From: an uncultured Dehalococcoidales bacterium
Lineage (GTDB): Bacteria; Chloroflexota; Dehalococcoidia; E44-bin15
Reading direction: 5' to 3'
DNA length: 64,000 nt
NCBI GenBank assembly: GCA_964428725.1
Contig: CAYRYW010000011.1
Coordinates: 144 to 64,143, forward strand
Shown: piece by piece, positions 20,423-28,352 of the stretch
How the letters are laid out: every line of letters starts with the position of its first letter
Numbering within the stretch: position 1 is the first letter of the stretch
Translations under genes and position numbers: made by a program
The notes under the pieces: generated by a model
What the model saw: the letters and a program-made list of their open reading frames with translations, nothing else
What the model was told of the DNA's origin: nothing
The model's database searches: none

Positions 20423-21321
20423 TAACCATGTCGCAATTTGGCACCATGGGTAGAGCAGCAAATCAGTTTTTGCAATACGCATTTCTGAAGACATGGGCTG
20501 CCAAATATTCCATGGACTTGGAAATCCCGCCGTGGATAGGGAATACATTATTCGGCACTGTCGACACGCCTATAGGACGAACGCTTCCGCCATACCACGA
20601 GACTCCGGGTAACAGCCTGCTGCAGCCAACCTTGCCTAACGAGAATGATATCGACAATCGCGATTATCGCGGGTATGGACAATATCACACAAGTTTTTAC
20701 GGCGGTTATGAACTCTATCTGTCCGGTTTGTTCAGGCCGACATTGGATACAGAAAGTCGCCTGGTTGATGCACGCAAGCGATTGTTGCATGATTGTGACA
20801 TTACCATAGGCTTGCATGTCCGTCGAGGAGATTATGGCAGGCGTATCTTTCCACTAACGCCGATCAGTTGGTACGTCAACTGGCTGGAAACACATCTGCC
20901 ACGATTGACGGGATACAAGCTATTTGTAGCCAGTGAAGATCCAACCGTTGCGTCAGAACTGACAGGATACCACGTAGAGACAGCAGAATCATTGGGTGTG
21001 CAATACACATCGGAGCAATATGCACACTACAACTATCTTCGAGAGGACCTCAAGAGCGGAAATCCTGGAGATATAGATTGGTATCCGGATTTCTACTTGC
21101 TGTCGCAATGCGACATTATCGTAGGTGGAGCATCCACATTTTCGTTTGTTGCCGCAATGCTCAATCCGTTTTTGCAAGAGTACTGGCGCGCCACGCTTGC
21201 GGATAGGCAATTCGTACTGACCGACCCGTGGGACGCCTATCCATTTATCCGAGAGCATGTGAGAGATTACTCCCACATTCCTGGCATCACTGCTTCACCA
21301 GACAACCCGTACTGGAAATAG
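20410..21321 (+). CDS. GT11-like (alpha-1,2-fucosyltransferase-type) glycosyltransferase
   Basis: The 'GLHVRRGDY' motif is characteristic of GT11 fucosyltransferases. The N-terminal 'GRAANQFLQYAFLK' fits (GN.mFqya). Start chosen at ATG 20410. Confidence 0.55.
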   Translation: MSRIITMSQFGTMGRAANQFLQYAFLKTWAAKYSMDLEIPPWIGNTLFGTVDTPIGRTLPPYHETPGNSLLQPTLPNENDIDNRDYRGYGQYHTSFYGGYELYLSGLFRPTLDTESRLVDARKRLLHDCDITIGLHVRRGDYGRRIFPLTPISWYVNWLETHLPRLTGYKLFVASEDPTVASELTGYHVETAESLGVQYTSEQYAHYNYLREDLKSGNPGDIDWYPDFYLLSQCDIIVGGASTFSFVAAMLNPFLQEYWRATLADRQFVLTDPWDAYPFIREHVRDYSHIPGITASPDNPYWK

Positions 21322-21381
21322 CCCTAGCCCACTCGTCGCATGGTGCATTCGCTCCCGCCATGCTGTAGAGTTGGGCTAGGG
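21322..21381. terminator. Nested-hairpin bidirectional terminator between convergent genes
   Basis: CCCTAGCCCA (21322-21331) pairs with TGGGCTAGGG (21372-21381). An inner GCATGG/CCATGC stem sits at 21338-21343/21358-21363. Confidence 0.4.
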
Positions 21382-21394
21382 CAGTGATTCGGCG

Positions 21395-21955
21395 TTAGAT
21401 CAATAGTCGCCGTCGTGTGAAGAACACAAGCCCAGCAATCCCCGCTAGGCCAGCAAGAAACGTGCTCGGCTCCGGTGCAGACACAGCCTCTCTGACAAGC
21501 GCATGCCCGCCAAAGCGATCGCCTTGCACCCAATCGGAATGTACGGAAGTGACGCTCCAGCCCGTATGAGCGTGGCCAAGTAATGGGTCTATCTGGCCTA
21601 GTGAGAACATCTGAATGTGTGCCCTAGGCCCATCGATAATCAGGACCACGGCTTCCTCTTCGGGTGTTCCCATCAGGTCAAACACAGTCGCCGCAAGAGC
21701 ACGATCTTCCTCATTGACGAGTCCTCCGATTCGCTCGAAATGGAACTTCTCCAGGAATTCCTGGAATTCCGATACCGTGGCATATCTCCATTCCGACAAC
21801 TCCACTTCGGGAGGTGTCAACCCTGCTGTCTCGCTCCAGTCGAGCCAATCAAGTCCCGCGTCCGTGTCTGTAGTGTATGTGCCATGGTCGATCATTTCAG
21901 CGGACGCATGGCTAACCGATAGCAGTAGTCCGACGAACACAAGTAGGCGTGTCAT
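21395..21955 (-). CDS. Secreted PEP-CTERM (exosortase-sorted) protein
   Basis: Signal peptide 'MTRLLVFVGLLLSVSHASA'. C-terminal 'PEPSTFLAGLAGIAGLVFFTRRRL' is a PEP motif plus TM helix plus basic tail. Start set at the ATG ending at 21955. Confidence 0.8.
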   Translation of the reverse strand: MTRLLVFVGLLLSVSHASAEMIDHGTYTTDTDAGLDWLDWSETAGLTPPEVELSEWRYATVSEFQEFLEKFHFERIGGLVNEEDRALAATVFDLMGTPEEEAVVLIIDGPRAHIQMFSLGQIDPLLGHAHTGWSVTSVHSDWVQGDRFGGHALVREAVSAPEPSTFLAGLAGIAGLVFFTRRRLLI

Positions 21956-22045
21956 GGTAACCTCCTTAGGGTGTCTGCTTACCACACCAGGCATGCAAAA
22001 AGTGTGCAGGCGACAACAGCCAACGCCAAACACAACACAACAAGA

Positions 22046-22312
22046 TCAAGTAGACATCTCATTGTCAGGCTCCTTTCTTGGTTGGCCACGAGGCCAGCCG
22101 CCACGTTGCGGCGTGGCAGCATACCTCGTGACATCGGATTGCAGGATCTGGTAGTGCCAGATTCCCAAATATTTTTTCCGTCGTGCCCGCAGCTTGCGCG
22201 ATCGTATCAGTGATCGCACGTGGCTTGGGCTGCAACCGATCTGTTCGGCTGCCTCTACTGGCGTGCAATATCTATTCAATTGGTTCCTCCTCTGCGGCGT
22301 AAATGTAGACAA
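22046..22312 (-). CDS. Excisionase/MerR-type helix-turn-helix DNA-binding protein
   Basis: 'YCTPVEAAEQIGCSPSHVRSLIRSRKL' matches the HTH_17 excisionase-family pattern. Confidence 0.6.
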   Translation of the reverse strand: MSTFTPQRRNQLNRYCTPVEAAEQIGCSPSHVRSLIRSRKLRARRKKYLGIWHYQILQSDVTRYAATPQRGGWPRGQPRKEPDNEMST

Positions 22313-22466
22313 AATAGTCTACAGTCTGTCCGACGGCTAGAGCCTGCTGGATGATTTTGCGTCGCGCCTGGTGCTCCGTGTCCGCAGTAACATTGCATCG
22401 CTCTCGGCGGTAATCATCTACAGAGTCGCGAGAGCGAGTGACGATCGTGGATCGATATCTAGGCAT
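22272..22466 (-). CDS. Hypothetical protein
   Basis: 64-aa ORF coupled with its neighbours on the minus strand. Confidence 0.35.
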   Translation of the reverse strand: MPRYRSTIVTRSRDSVDDYRRERCNVTADTEHQARRKIIQQALAVGQTVDYFVYIYAAEEEPIE

Positions 22467-22830
22467 GGCGTGTTTCCTCGTTCATGGTGAAAAAATTATA
22501 AGCAAATGCGTCCTCGTCGCTCGAATCCAGGCCAATGAGGAGCGGCTCGCCATCGCAGGCACAGAGCCACAGGTCGAGGCCGAATTCGCGATCAAGGCCA
22601 TGCGTATCAACCGACGCATTATAGGCGCCAGTGTATACACATGAGTCACGATTCCATCGGTAGATTGTGCCGCATTTGCGGCACCGTACCTGGTCGATTT
22701 CTGGCAATAATCCCATGTCAATCCTCTGTAATTCCCGTACTGTCATGATGGCCTCCATGGTGGCTAGGAGTGTACTGTACAATCTGACTCTAGCAGGATC
22801 ATCGGCAGAATGCAATAGCCATCCACGCAT
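22459..22830 (-). CDS. Hypothetical protein (possible Zn-ribbon)
   Basis: 123-aa ORF containing 'CRKCGTIY'. First gene of the leftward operon from the divergent control region. Confidence 0.45.
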   Translation of the reverse strand: MRGWLLHSADDPARVRLYSTLLATMEAIMTVRELQRIDMGLLPEIDQVRCRKCGTIYRWNRDSCVYTGAYNASVDTHGLDREFGLDLWLCACDGEPLLIGLDSSDEDAFAYNFFTMNEETRHA

Positions 22831-23034
22831 ATTCCGGAATATACCATGGCGAGTATTAGGAATCGCCGAATTCCTCAGGATTCGCGGTGATGTGGTACGG
22901 CAGAGTGCCTATTTCTGTCGATTTTCACCGATTCTGGAAAATAATTGCCGTCCAATTTGTGCCGTACGTATAGGCGTTTTTTGCTTGTTTGCTCGCCATC
23001 TGGAAAAAATATCGGGAAATGGCGTTATTCGCCG

Positions 23035-23062
23035 TTGACAAAGAGCGGGATATCCCGATAAT
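23035..23062 (+). promoter_or_regulatory. Sigma70-like rightward promoter with embedded 12-bp palindrome
   Basis: TTGACA (23035-23040), 16-nt spacer, GATAAT (23057-23062). The perfect palindrome CGGGATATCCCG (23046-23057) lies in the spacer. Confidence 0.45.
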
Positions 23063-23108
23063 GGTAATTAGCGATTGGGAGTTGACCGCGAAACAAGGAG
23101 ACGAAACG

Positions 23109-23654
23109 ATGAACGCCGACATCACAAAGCTGGCTGACGAGGTGTCACGGGGCAAGCGGAGTCGCGTGTCGATTCGGCGCGAGCACGGCGACGACGTATA
23201 TCGTGCGGTGCAGGCCGAATTACGACAGCGCGACGAAGCATCTCGAAGGCTCGCCATGGCGGAGCCTCGCGAGGAAGAGGAGCCAGCGCCGTCGGTGGAG
23301 TGGTGCGTTGACTGCGAGACGGAACTTGACACGGAATACGATGCCGATCGAGAGCGGTGCGACGAGTGCCAGGCCAAGCATGATGCGTTCGCGTGGATCG
23401 AAAACACCGAGGCCCACGCGAAGGCGCTCGCGGAGCAGCACGGCTGGCACTTCGGCGATGCGGGCGGAGGATTCAACACGCGCAGCCGGTATTATGAGGT
23501 ATGGCGCGAAGTGGGCGACGATACCGAATCGTTCAAGCTGCGGATCAGCGACCACGGGTCCGCACATTGCACCGAGGACATCTCGCTCGCCATGCAACCC
23601 AGCGGCGATGACCACACTATGGAGACATTGGCGGCGCGACTGGCTGGCAAATAA
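23109..23654 (+). CDS. Hypothetical early protein with CxxC...CxxC zinc ribbon
   Basis: Start follows the AAGGAGAC leader; contains 'CVDCE...CDEC'. Confidence 0.5.
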   Translation: MNADITKLADEVSRGKRSRVSIRREHGDDVYRAVQAELRQRDEASRRLAMAEPREEEEPAPSVEWCVDCETELDTEYDADRERCDECQAKHDAFAWIENTEAHAKALAEQHGWHFGDAGGGFNTRSRYYEVWREVGDDTESFKLRISDHGSAHCTEDISLAMQPSGDDHTMETLAARLAGK

Positions 23655-23694
23655 GCGCCACGAAAAGGAAACCGCGAAACAAGGAGACGAAACG

Positions 23695-23868
23695 ATGAAT
23701 GCCACTATCGTAATCGATCACGACGACATTGCCTCTGCAGTCCCCCGCCGCGCCCACTGGCAAATGGCCCCCGTGCCGCCAGTGGGCCGGGCGGGTCGAC
23801 GTCCTGCCGCCGATGATAATCTCGACGCGGCCCGCGAACTTTGTGGCGAAAAGGAGCCCAGCGCATGA
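23695..23868 (+). CDS. Hypothetical small protein
   Basis: Preceded by an identical 29-nt copy of the leader/RBS of the upstream gene. ATGA overlap with the XRE gene. Confidence 0.4.
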   Translation: MNATIVIDHDDIASAVPRRAHWQMAPVPPVGRAGRRPAADDNLDAARELCGEKEPSA

Positions 23869-24086
23869 CACAAAAGCAAAAACCCCAAACGCCGGGCGGC
23901 CGAATCAGGGCAGCTCGGCTGCGCGCCAAAATGACCCAGCAGCAATTGGCCGATGCGATGGGCTGCGGCCAATCGCGGATTGCCGATTGGGAAAATGATC
24001 GGTACATGGAGCCGATCATGGCGAGTCTGCGGAAATTGGCCAAGGCGCTCGGTTGTAGCGTGAGCGAATTGGCCAATCTGGACTAA
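23865..24086 (+). CDS. XRE-family helix-turn-helix transcriptional regulator
   Basis: 'IRAARLRAKMTQQQLADAMGCGQSRIADWENDR...LRKLAKALGCSVSEL' is a canonical HTH_3 domain. Confidence 0.8.
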   Translation: MTQKQKPQTPGGRIRAARLRAKMTQQQLADAMGCGQSRIADWENDRYMEPIMASLRKLAKALGCSVSELANLD

Positions 24087-24120
24087 GATGGATTATTTTC
24101 GGAAAATCCATGGATCACTA

Positions 24121-24148
24121 TTGACAAATGCTTTCCGTCTGGTAGATT
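24121..24148 (+). promoter_or_regulatory. Sigma70-like promoter
   Basis: TTGACA (24121-24126), 16-nt spacer, TAGATT (24143-24148). Preceded by the hairpin ATGGATTATTTTCGGAAAATCCAT just after the XRE stop. Confidence 0.4.
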
Positions 24149-24368
24149 TGCTCGCACTGTGAAACCCGCGTGTGCCGTAGCGAATCGGCACGCAAAACAG
24201 AACCGCAAACGCAGGAAGGGCCGCCATGCTCTGCCACACGACATGCGCACAACTAGGAACGCGCAACGTCTACGCTATTATGCACCTCATGGTGGCCGGC
24301 CGTCGAGGGAGTGCGGGCTCCCTCGGCGGCCATCTTCATGCGATTGTACTCTAACGGAGCCTAGAGGC

Positions 24369-24515
24369 ATGAATTCCTACTGGCAGCTCATTGAATCAAA
24401 TCCTATATGGTATGCCGCGTTGGTCGGCGCACTGATCTATTGTTGTGCCGAATTACGCGATCGCCGCAAGTCGAATCGCGCTCACGAAAAACACAAGGTG
24501 AAACATGATGTATAG
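24369..24515 (+). CDS. Small membrane protein candidate
   Basis: 48 aa with the hydrophobic helix 'IWYAALVGALIYCCA'. The longer upstream extension is Arg-rich and unconvincing. Confidence 0.3.
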   Translation: MNSYWQLIESNPIWYAALVGALIYCCAELRDRRKSNRAHEKHKVKHDV

Positions 24516-24804
24516 CAAGGAATCGATGCATGGCATGTCTTGCGACATGTCAGCACTGGATAGGCTGCTTCGCGACGCATTCTGGTTATTGTTTGCGCCG
24601 GCAGAGGAGAAGCCAACAGAAACAACAGCGTCGGTTATCATGCGAATCGAGGGCGTTGTCGGTGCAGCGTGGCTGCTCCATGGTCTCGCCGATCGGGTCG
24701 GGCAGTCGCAACTGCGCGACATGGCGGAAGCGATTGCGGACGATCTAAATGCGATCATTTGCGACATGGAGCACGCCGAGGGCCAGAAAGGTGAGAAGAA
24801 ATGA
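24505..24804 (+). CDS. Hypothetical protein
   Basis: 99-aa ORF coupled to the downstream annealase gene. Confidence 0.45.
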   Translation: MMYSKESMHGMSCDMSALDRLLRDAFWLLFAPAEEKPTETTASVIMRIEGVVGAAWLLHGLADRVGQSQLRDMAEAIADDLNAIICDMEHAEGQKGEKK

Positions 24805-25586
24805 CTAATAGTAGCATCGCCCTAGACAGGCTGGCGGAGCCGTTCGCACCAGAAGACATTGAGTGGCGAATCTCGCGGAGTGGAAGGAATACAAATGGTG
24901 TATTCGCCTTAGTCCTGGCTTACATTACAGCCAGGGCGATACAGAAGCGGCTGGATGATGTGTGCGGCCCAGCGAATTGGCGCAACGAGGAGCCGATAAC
25001 CATTGATATACATGGCAAGACAGCCATGGTAGGTGGTATTTCCATCAGGATCAATGGCGAGTGGATTACAAAATGGGACGTGGCGGAGCCAACAAACATC
25101 GAGCCAGCAAAGGGTGGATTCAGCGGCGCGATGAAACGAGCAGGCGCACAATGGGGGATCGGCCGATATCTCTATTACCTCGATGAAACATTTGCGGAGG
25201 TATCGGACGCACGGCCAGCAGGATCGAGACAGTGGCAGTACGGCAAGCTGCCACAGAAGCAGGGAGGTGGTGGATTCTACTGGAAATCGCCTGGGTTGCC
25301 AGCATGGGCCATGCCGAAAGAGCCGGAGCACGAAGTCAGTGTAGCAGAACTGAATAACCTGAAACTTGCGTGGCAAAGTAAATTTGCGGCGGGATGCAAA
25401 GACCCAAAGGAATTGCGCGAAGGATTTTCTAGGTTCGTGGTGGCGGTCGTTGGCCATTTCCCGGTGAGCGATCACACATGCTGGACCGTGGCCGCGTTGG
25501 AGGAGTGTGTCGCCCGTATTGCAGCCACTGAAGATCCGCACGGCGTATCAAGCGACGTGCCATTCGATGTAGAGGAAACGTCATGA
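24801..25586 (+). CDS. Rad52/Sak-family single-strand annealing protein
   Basis: 'PFAPEDIEWRISR...AYITARAIQKRLDDVCGP.NW' and 'GGFSGAMKRAGAQWGIGRYLY' match the phage Rad52-like pattern. Confidence 0.7.
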   Translation: MTNSSIALDRLAEPFAPEDIEWRISRSGRNTNGVFALVLAYITARAIQKRLDDVCGPANWRNEEPITIDIHGKTAMVGGISIRINGEWITKWDVAEPTNIEPAKGGFSGAMKRAGAQWGIGRYLYYLDETFAEVSDARPAGSRQWQYGKLPQKQGGGGFYWKSPGLPAWAMPKEPEHEVSVAELNNLKLAWQSKFAAGCKDPKELREGFSRFVVAVVGHFPVSDHTCWTVAALEECVARIAATEDPHGVSSDVPFDVEETS

Positions 25587-26764
25587 CATCGCGCCTGCGT
25601 CCACAATTCCTTGACTGCTCCGGCATGACGCTCGAAGAAGCGGAGTCATTCGGGCATGGGCTGGCAGAACAGCAGCGGGATTGCCTCTGGCAGATTGGCG
25701 ACCTAGTGCGGCATTTCGAGGCGACAAATCCGGATGTATTCCATCAGATATTTCCCGAGTGGACCAGCCCGGACCTGATATCGCGATGCAAGGCAGTAGC
25801 GCAAGCGTACCCAACGGAGGACGATCGCAACACGCTAGCAACCTGGACAACACACATGCGACACGCTAATCGGCCTGATCGGGTTAAGCTGGTGCAGGCT
25901 CATGTCGACGCGGGCCACACGTCAGACGAGGCCAGAAAAGCAGACGCTAGCGAACGCCAGGAGAAGGAGCGAACGCGATGGTTGCTGGCAGTGGACGCGA
26001 ACTATTATCTCCATAAAAACTGGTTTTCCGGGGCCGGGGTGGAGGCAGCGTCCCGGGTGGCAGCATGGGTGGAACGCACTACTGCGAGACTGAAGGACAA
26101 GGGATTGACGGATGTGCTGTGTTGTTTCGATTCCAAGAATAATTTCCGGAAGGAGTTAACCGAGGAATGGGAAGACAAGTACAAGCCACGGCCACCAAAA
26201 GAGCCGGAACTGATCCAGCAGTTAGTATTGGTGCGAGAGCTACTTGACAGGCAAGGGTGTGCGTGTGTATCCGTGGATGGATTTGAGGCCGATGACGTCA
26301 TGGCGAGTGCGGCTGCAAAATTCCCGGGACGTGTCACGCTCCTCACGCAAGACAAGGACTTGCGCCAGTGTTTGACGGAGACATGTAATATGTTGCTTGG
26401 CGTCGAATGGTCGGAAGACGAAACGACCGGCGAACTCACGCCAGAATACGAGTGGGTCAGTGCGAAGACACACATGGACGACACAGGCATTCGCCCCAGT
26501 GAGTGGGCGGAATACCAGGCAATCTGCGGAGATAACGTAGACGGAATCAAGGGCGTGTGCGGCATCGGCGTCAAGGGGGCAAAGGACCTGATTAGTGAGT
26601 TCGGCACGGTCGGCGCAACCATTCAAGCGGCGAAGGATGAGGACGAACGCATAAAGCCCAAGCAACGTGAAGCACTTATTGCGTTCGAGCCGAAAGCAGA
26701 CATTACGCTGCAGTTGGTGACACTGCGGACGGATTTGCCGGTGCGGGTGCACACGAGACTATAA
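25583..26764 (+). CDS. 5'-3' exonuclease / flap endonuclease (PIN-like plus H3TH) with N-terminal extension
   Basis: 'VLCCFDSKNNFRKEL', 'VDGFEADDVMAS' and the H3TH motif 'GDNVDGIKGVCGIGVKGAKDLISEFG'. Confidence 0.8.
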   Translation: MTSRLRPQFLDCSGMTLEEAESFGHGLAEQQRDCLWQIGDLVRHFEATNPDVFHQIFPEWTSPDLISRCKAVAQAYPTEDDRNTLATWTTHMRHANRPDRVKLVQAHVDAGHTSDEARKADASERQEKERTRWLLAVDANYYLHKNWFSGAGVEAASRVAAWVERTTARLKDKGLTDVLCCFDSKNNFRKELTEEWEDKYKPRPPKEPELIQQLVLVRELLDRQGCACVSVDGFEADDVMASAAAKFPGRVTLLTQDKDLRQCLTETCNMLLGVEWSEDETTGELTPEYEWVSAKTHMDDTGIRPSEWAEYQAICGDNVDGIKGVCGIGVKGAKDLISEFGTVGATIQAAKDEDERIKPKQREALIAFEPKADITLQLVTLRTDLPVRVHTRL

Positions 26765-26865
26765 GGGTAGTAACGCGGATTGTGTACATCGAGCCGGAAG
26801 ACAATGGCGTTGTCGCATATTGCGCGTTATTGAGGCTGTGCGATAATGCACAAGCAGGAGTACAT

Positions 26866-27060
26866 ATGATAGTATCAAAACCTCGACTGGCGGTAGTCAA
26901 GCAAACTCGCACGGTCACAGAGATCGCGCTAGTCCTCCTGGATCGAGATGGTGATGTTGAGGCAGTGAAGGAAATCCGCGAGGAGCTATCGCTTGACGAC
27001 GATATTCAGGTGCATGCTGTGATAGAGGTCTTGTCAGTGCAGCGCGTTCGTGACGCCTGA
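26866..27060 (+). CDS. Hypothetical small protein
   Basis: Start chosen at the ATG after an AGGAG RBS; 64 aa. Confidence 0.35.
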   Translation: MIVSKPRLAVVKQTRTVTEIALVLLDRDGDVEAVKEIREELSLDDDIQVHAVIEVLSVQRVRDA

Positions 27061-27093
27061 ATGCAACCACACAGGAAGGTGGTGTGAATACTG

Positions 27094-27636
27094 ATGGCAC
27101 AGACACTAACCGAAGAAGAAAAGGCCGAGCGAGCACGGCAACGGATGCTAGCGAAGGCGGCGGAATACCAATTATCAACCTATGCAAATAGGTTTGTGGC
27201 ACAGGTATTTCAGAGGATGATTCGGGCGGAGGCAGCCGCAAAGCCAGCTGGGACAGTAACTGCAGTCGTCAAGGGAGAGTTGGCGCAAGTGCCGCGCAGG
27301 GTAGGGGAATGTGTATGTGTGACATGTGGCAAGGTCAGGCAGTGGAGAGACAGCCGAGGAAGCATGCAGACTGGGCACTTTTTGGCATCGCGATGTTTCT
27401 CGATACTGTTTAATGAAGAGAATGTCGCACCGCAATGCGTAAGGTGCAATAACTACAGGAGCGGCGCAGTGGAGGATTACCATATCTGGATGGTGGCCGA
27501 GCGTGGCAGGTCGGCGATGGAGAGACTGAAACGATTGAAAGCGACCACGCGACATTTTACGCGGGAAGAACTAGTTGATATGCGGATCGGATTTGACGCG
27601 CGATTGAGCGAGGCTATCACCAGGATGACGCGGTAA
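27094..27636 (+). CDS. ninG: NinG/Rap-like recombination endonuclease
   Basis: 'CVTCGKV...QTGHFLASR...NVAPQCVRCN' matches the lambda NinG family Cys/His pattern. Confidence 0.65.
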   Translation: MAQTLTEEEKAERARQRMLAKAAEYQLSTYANRFVAQVFQRMIRAEAAAKPAGTVTAVVKGELAQVPRRVGECVCVTCGKVRQWRDSRGSMQTGHFLASRCFSILFNEENVAPQCVRCNNYRSGAVEDYHIWMVAERGRSAMERLKRLKATTRHFTREELVDMRIGFDARLSEAITRMTR

Positions 27637-27681
27637 CATGAAGCGTAAGCTGGCTGTGGCTGACAGGCGAGAGGATGAGGA

Positions 27682-28080
27682 ATGAAAAAGGGAATCTGCA
27701 AGCATTTTCGTGGCACGATCAACAAACGTTGCGGCCGTGGCGTTGTCATTCGCGAATTGGTTGGCGGGCCCGACCGTGGATGGGTCACGCGGCTACCCTG
27801 TCACCAAGCGAACACGACGGCCATCGGCTGCGAGCAGTACGCGGAGCCGACCGACGACGAGGTAGCCGAGTACGACGCCGAGGTAGCAAAGGACGCCGCG
27901 CGCATGAAGGTACTCGCGCCGGCAATATCGCGCATCAAGGAAGAGAACCAAGGCAAGAACACCAAGGGGACCATGGAATGCCCGATCTGCGGCGGTGATC
28001 TGCATTGGACGCATGCCGCGTACAACGGCCACGTCTGGGGGCGCTGCGAAACGAAAGATTGCGTGTCGTGGATGGAGTGA
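27682..28080 (+). CDS. Cys-rich zinc-finger protein
   Basis: 132 aa containing 'CPICGGDLHW...GRCETKDC'. GAGGATGAGG RBS region. Confidence 0.5.
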   Translation: MKKGICKHFRGTINKRCGRGVVIRELVGGPDRGWVTRLPCHQANTTAIGCEQYAEPTDDEVAEYDAEVAKDAARMKVLAPAISRIKEENQGKNTKGTMECPICGGDLHWTHAAYNGHVWGRCETKDCVSWME

Positions 28081-28104
28081 TGGGATAACCACGGAGACAC
28101 GAAT

Positions 28105-28345
28105 AGCGAGCAGGAAATAACCCGCTGCATGGTGCATGCCTTAGGGATGGATTACCCGGGCAAGCCGGTTCGAGTCCGGCGGCGGGGCTTACAGGGAGAC
28201 ATGCCAGTAGGGCATGGGAGGCGTCCTGCACGCCTCATGGCGAGAATAGCTACGGACGCAACGAGCCGTGTAGCACTCGCCAGAGTTACTCTCCGCCGGT
28301 CGGGTCGTTCACAAGGCGGCCCGGCCGGCATCCCCTTCAGTAACG
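28105..28345 (+). ncRNA. Highly structured non-coding leader upstream of the Cas12-like gene (tracrRNA-like or attP/tRNA-3'-fragment candidate)
   Basis: About 270 nt with no convincing ORF. It carries at least 6 consecutive stem-loops: GCATG-GTG-CATGC, GCCGG-TTCGAGT-CCGGC (tRNA T-arm-like), CATGCC-AGTAG-GGCATG, AGGCGT-CCTGC-ACGCCT, a long GGCGAG...CTCGCC stem and CCGCC...GGCGG. Strand is assumed. Confidence 0.3.
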
Positions 28346-28352
28346 AAAGATA

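Noticed and set aside
28119-28188. Possible tRNA gene, suggested by a GGTTCGAGTCC-type T-arm at 28164-28180 and a partial acceptor pairing.
   Set aside because: I could not build a cloverleaf. There is no 5-bp anticodon stem (only GGG/CCC at 28144-28146/28155-28157 with an 8-nt loop). The D-arm region is a 5-bp/3-nt hairpin, the acceptor stem has a mismatch plus a G-U, and the total length is about 70 nt. I treated it as a tRNA-like fragment within the structured leader.
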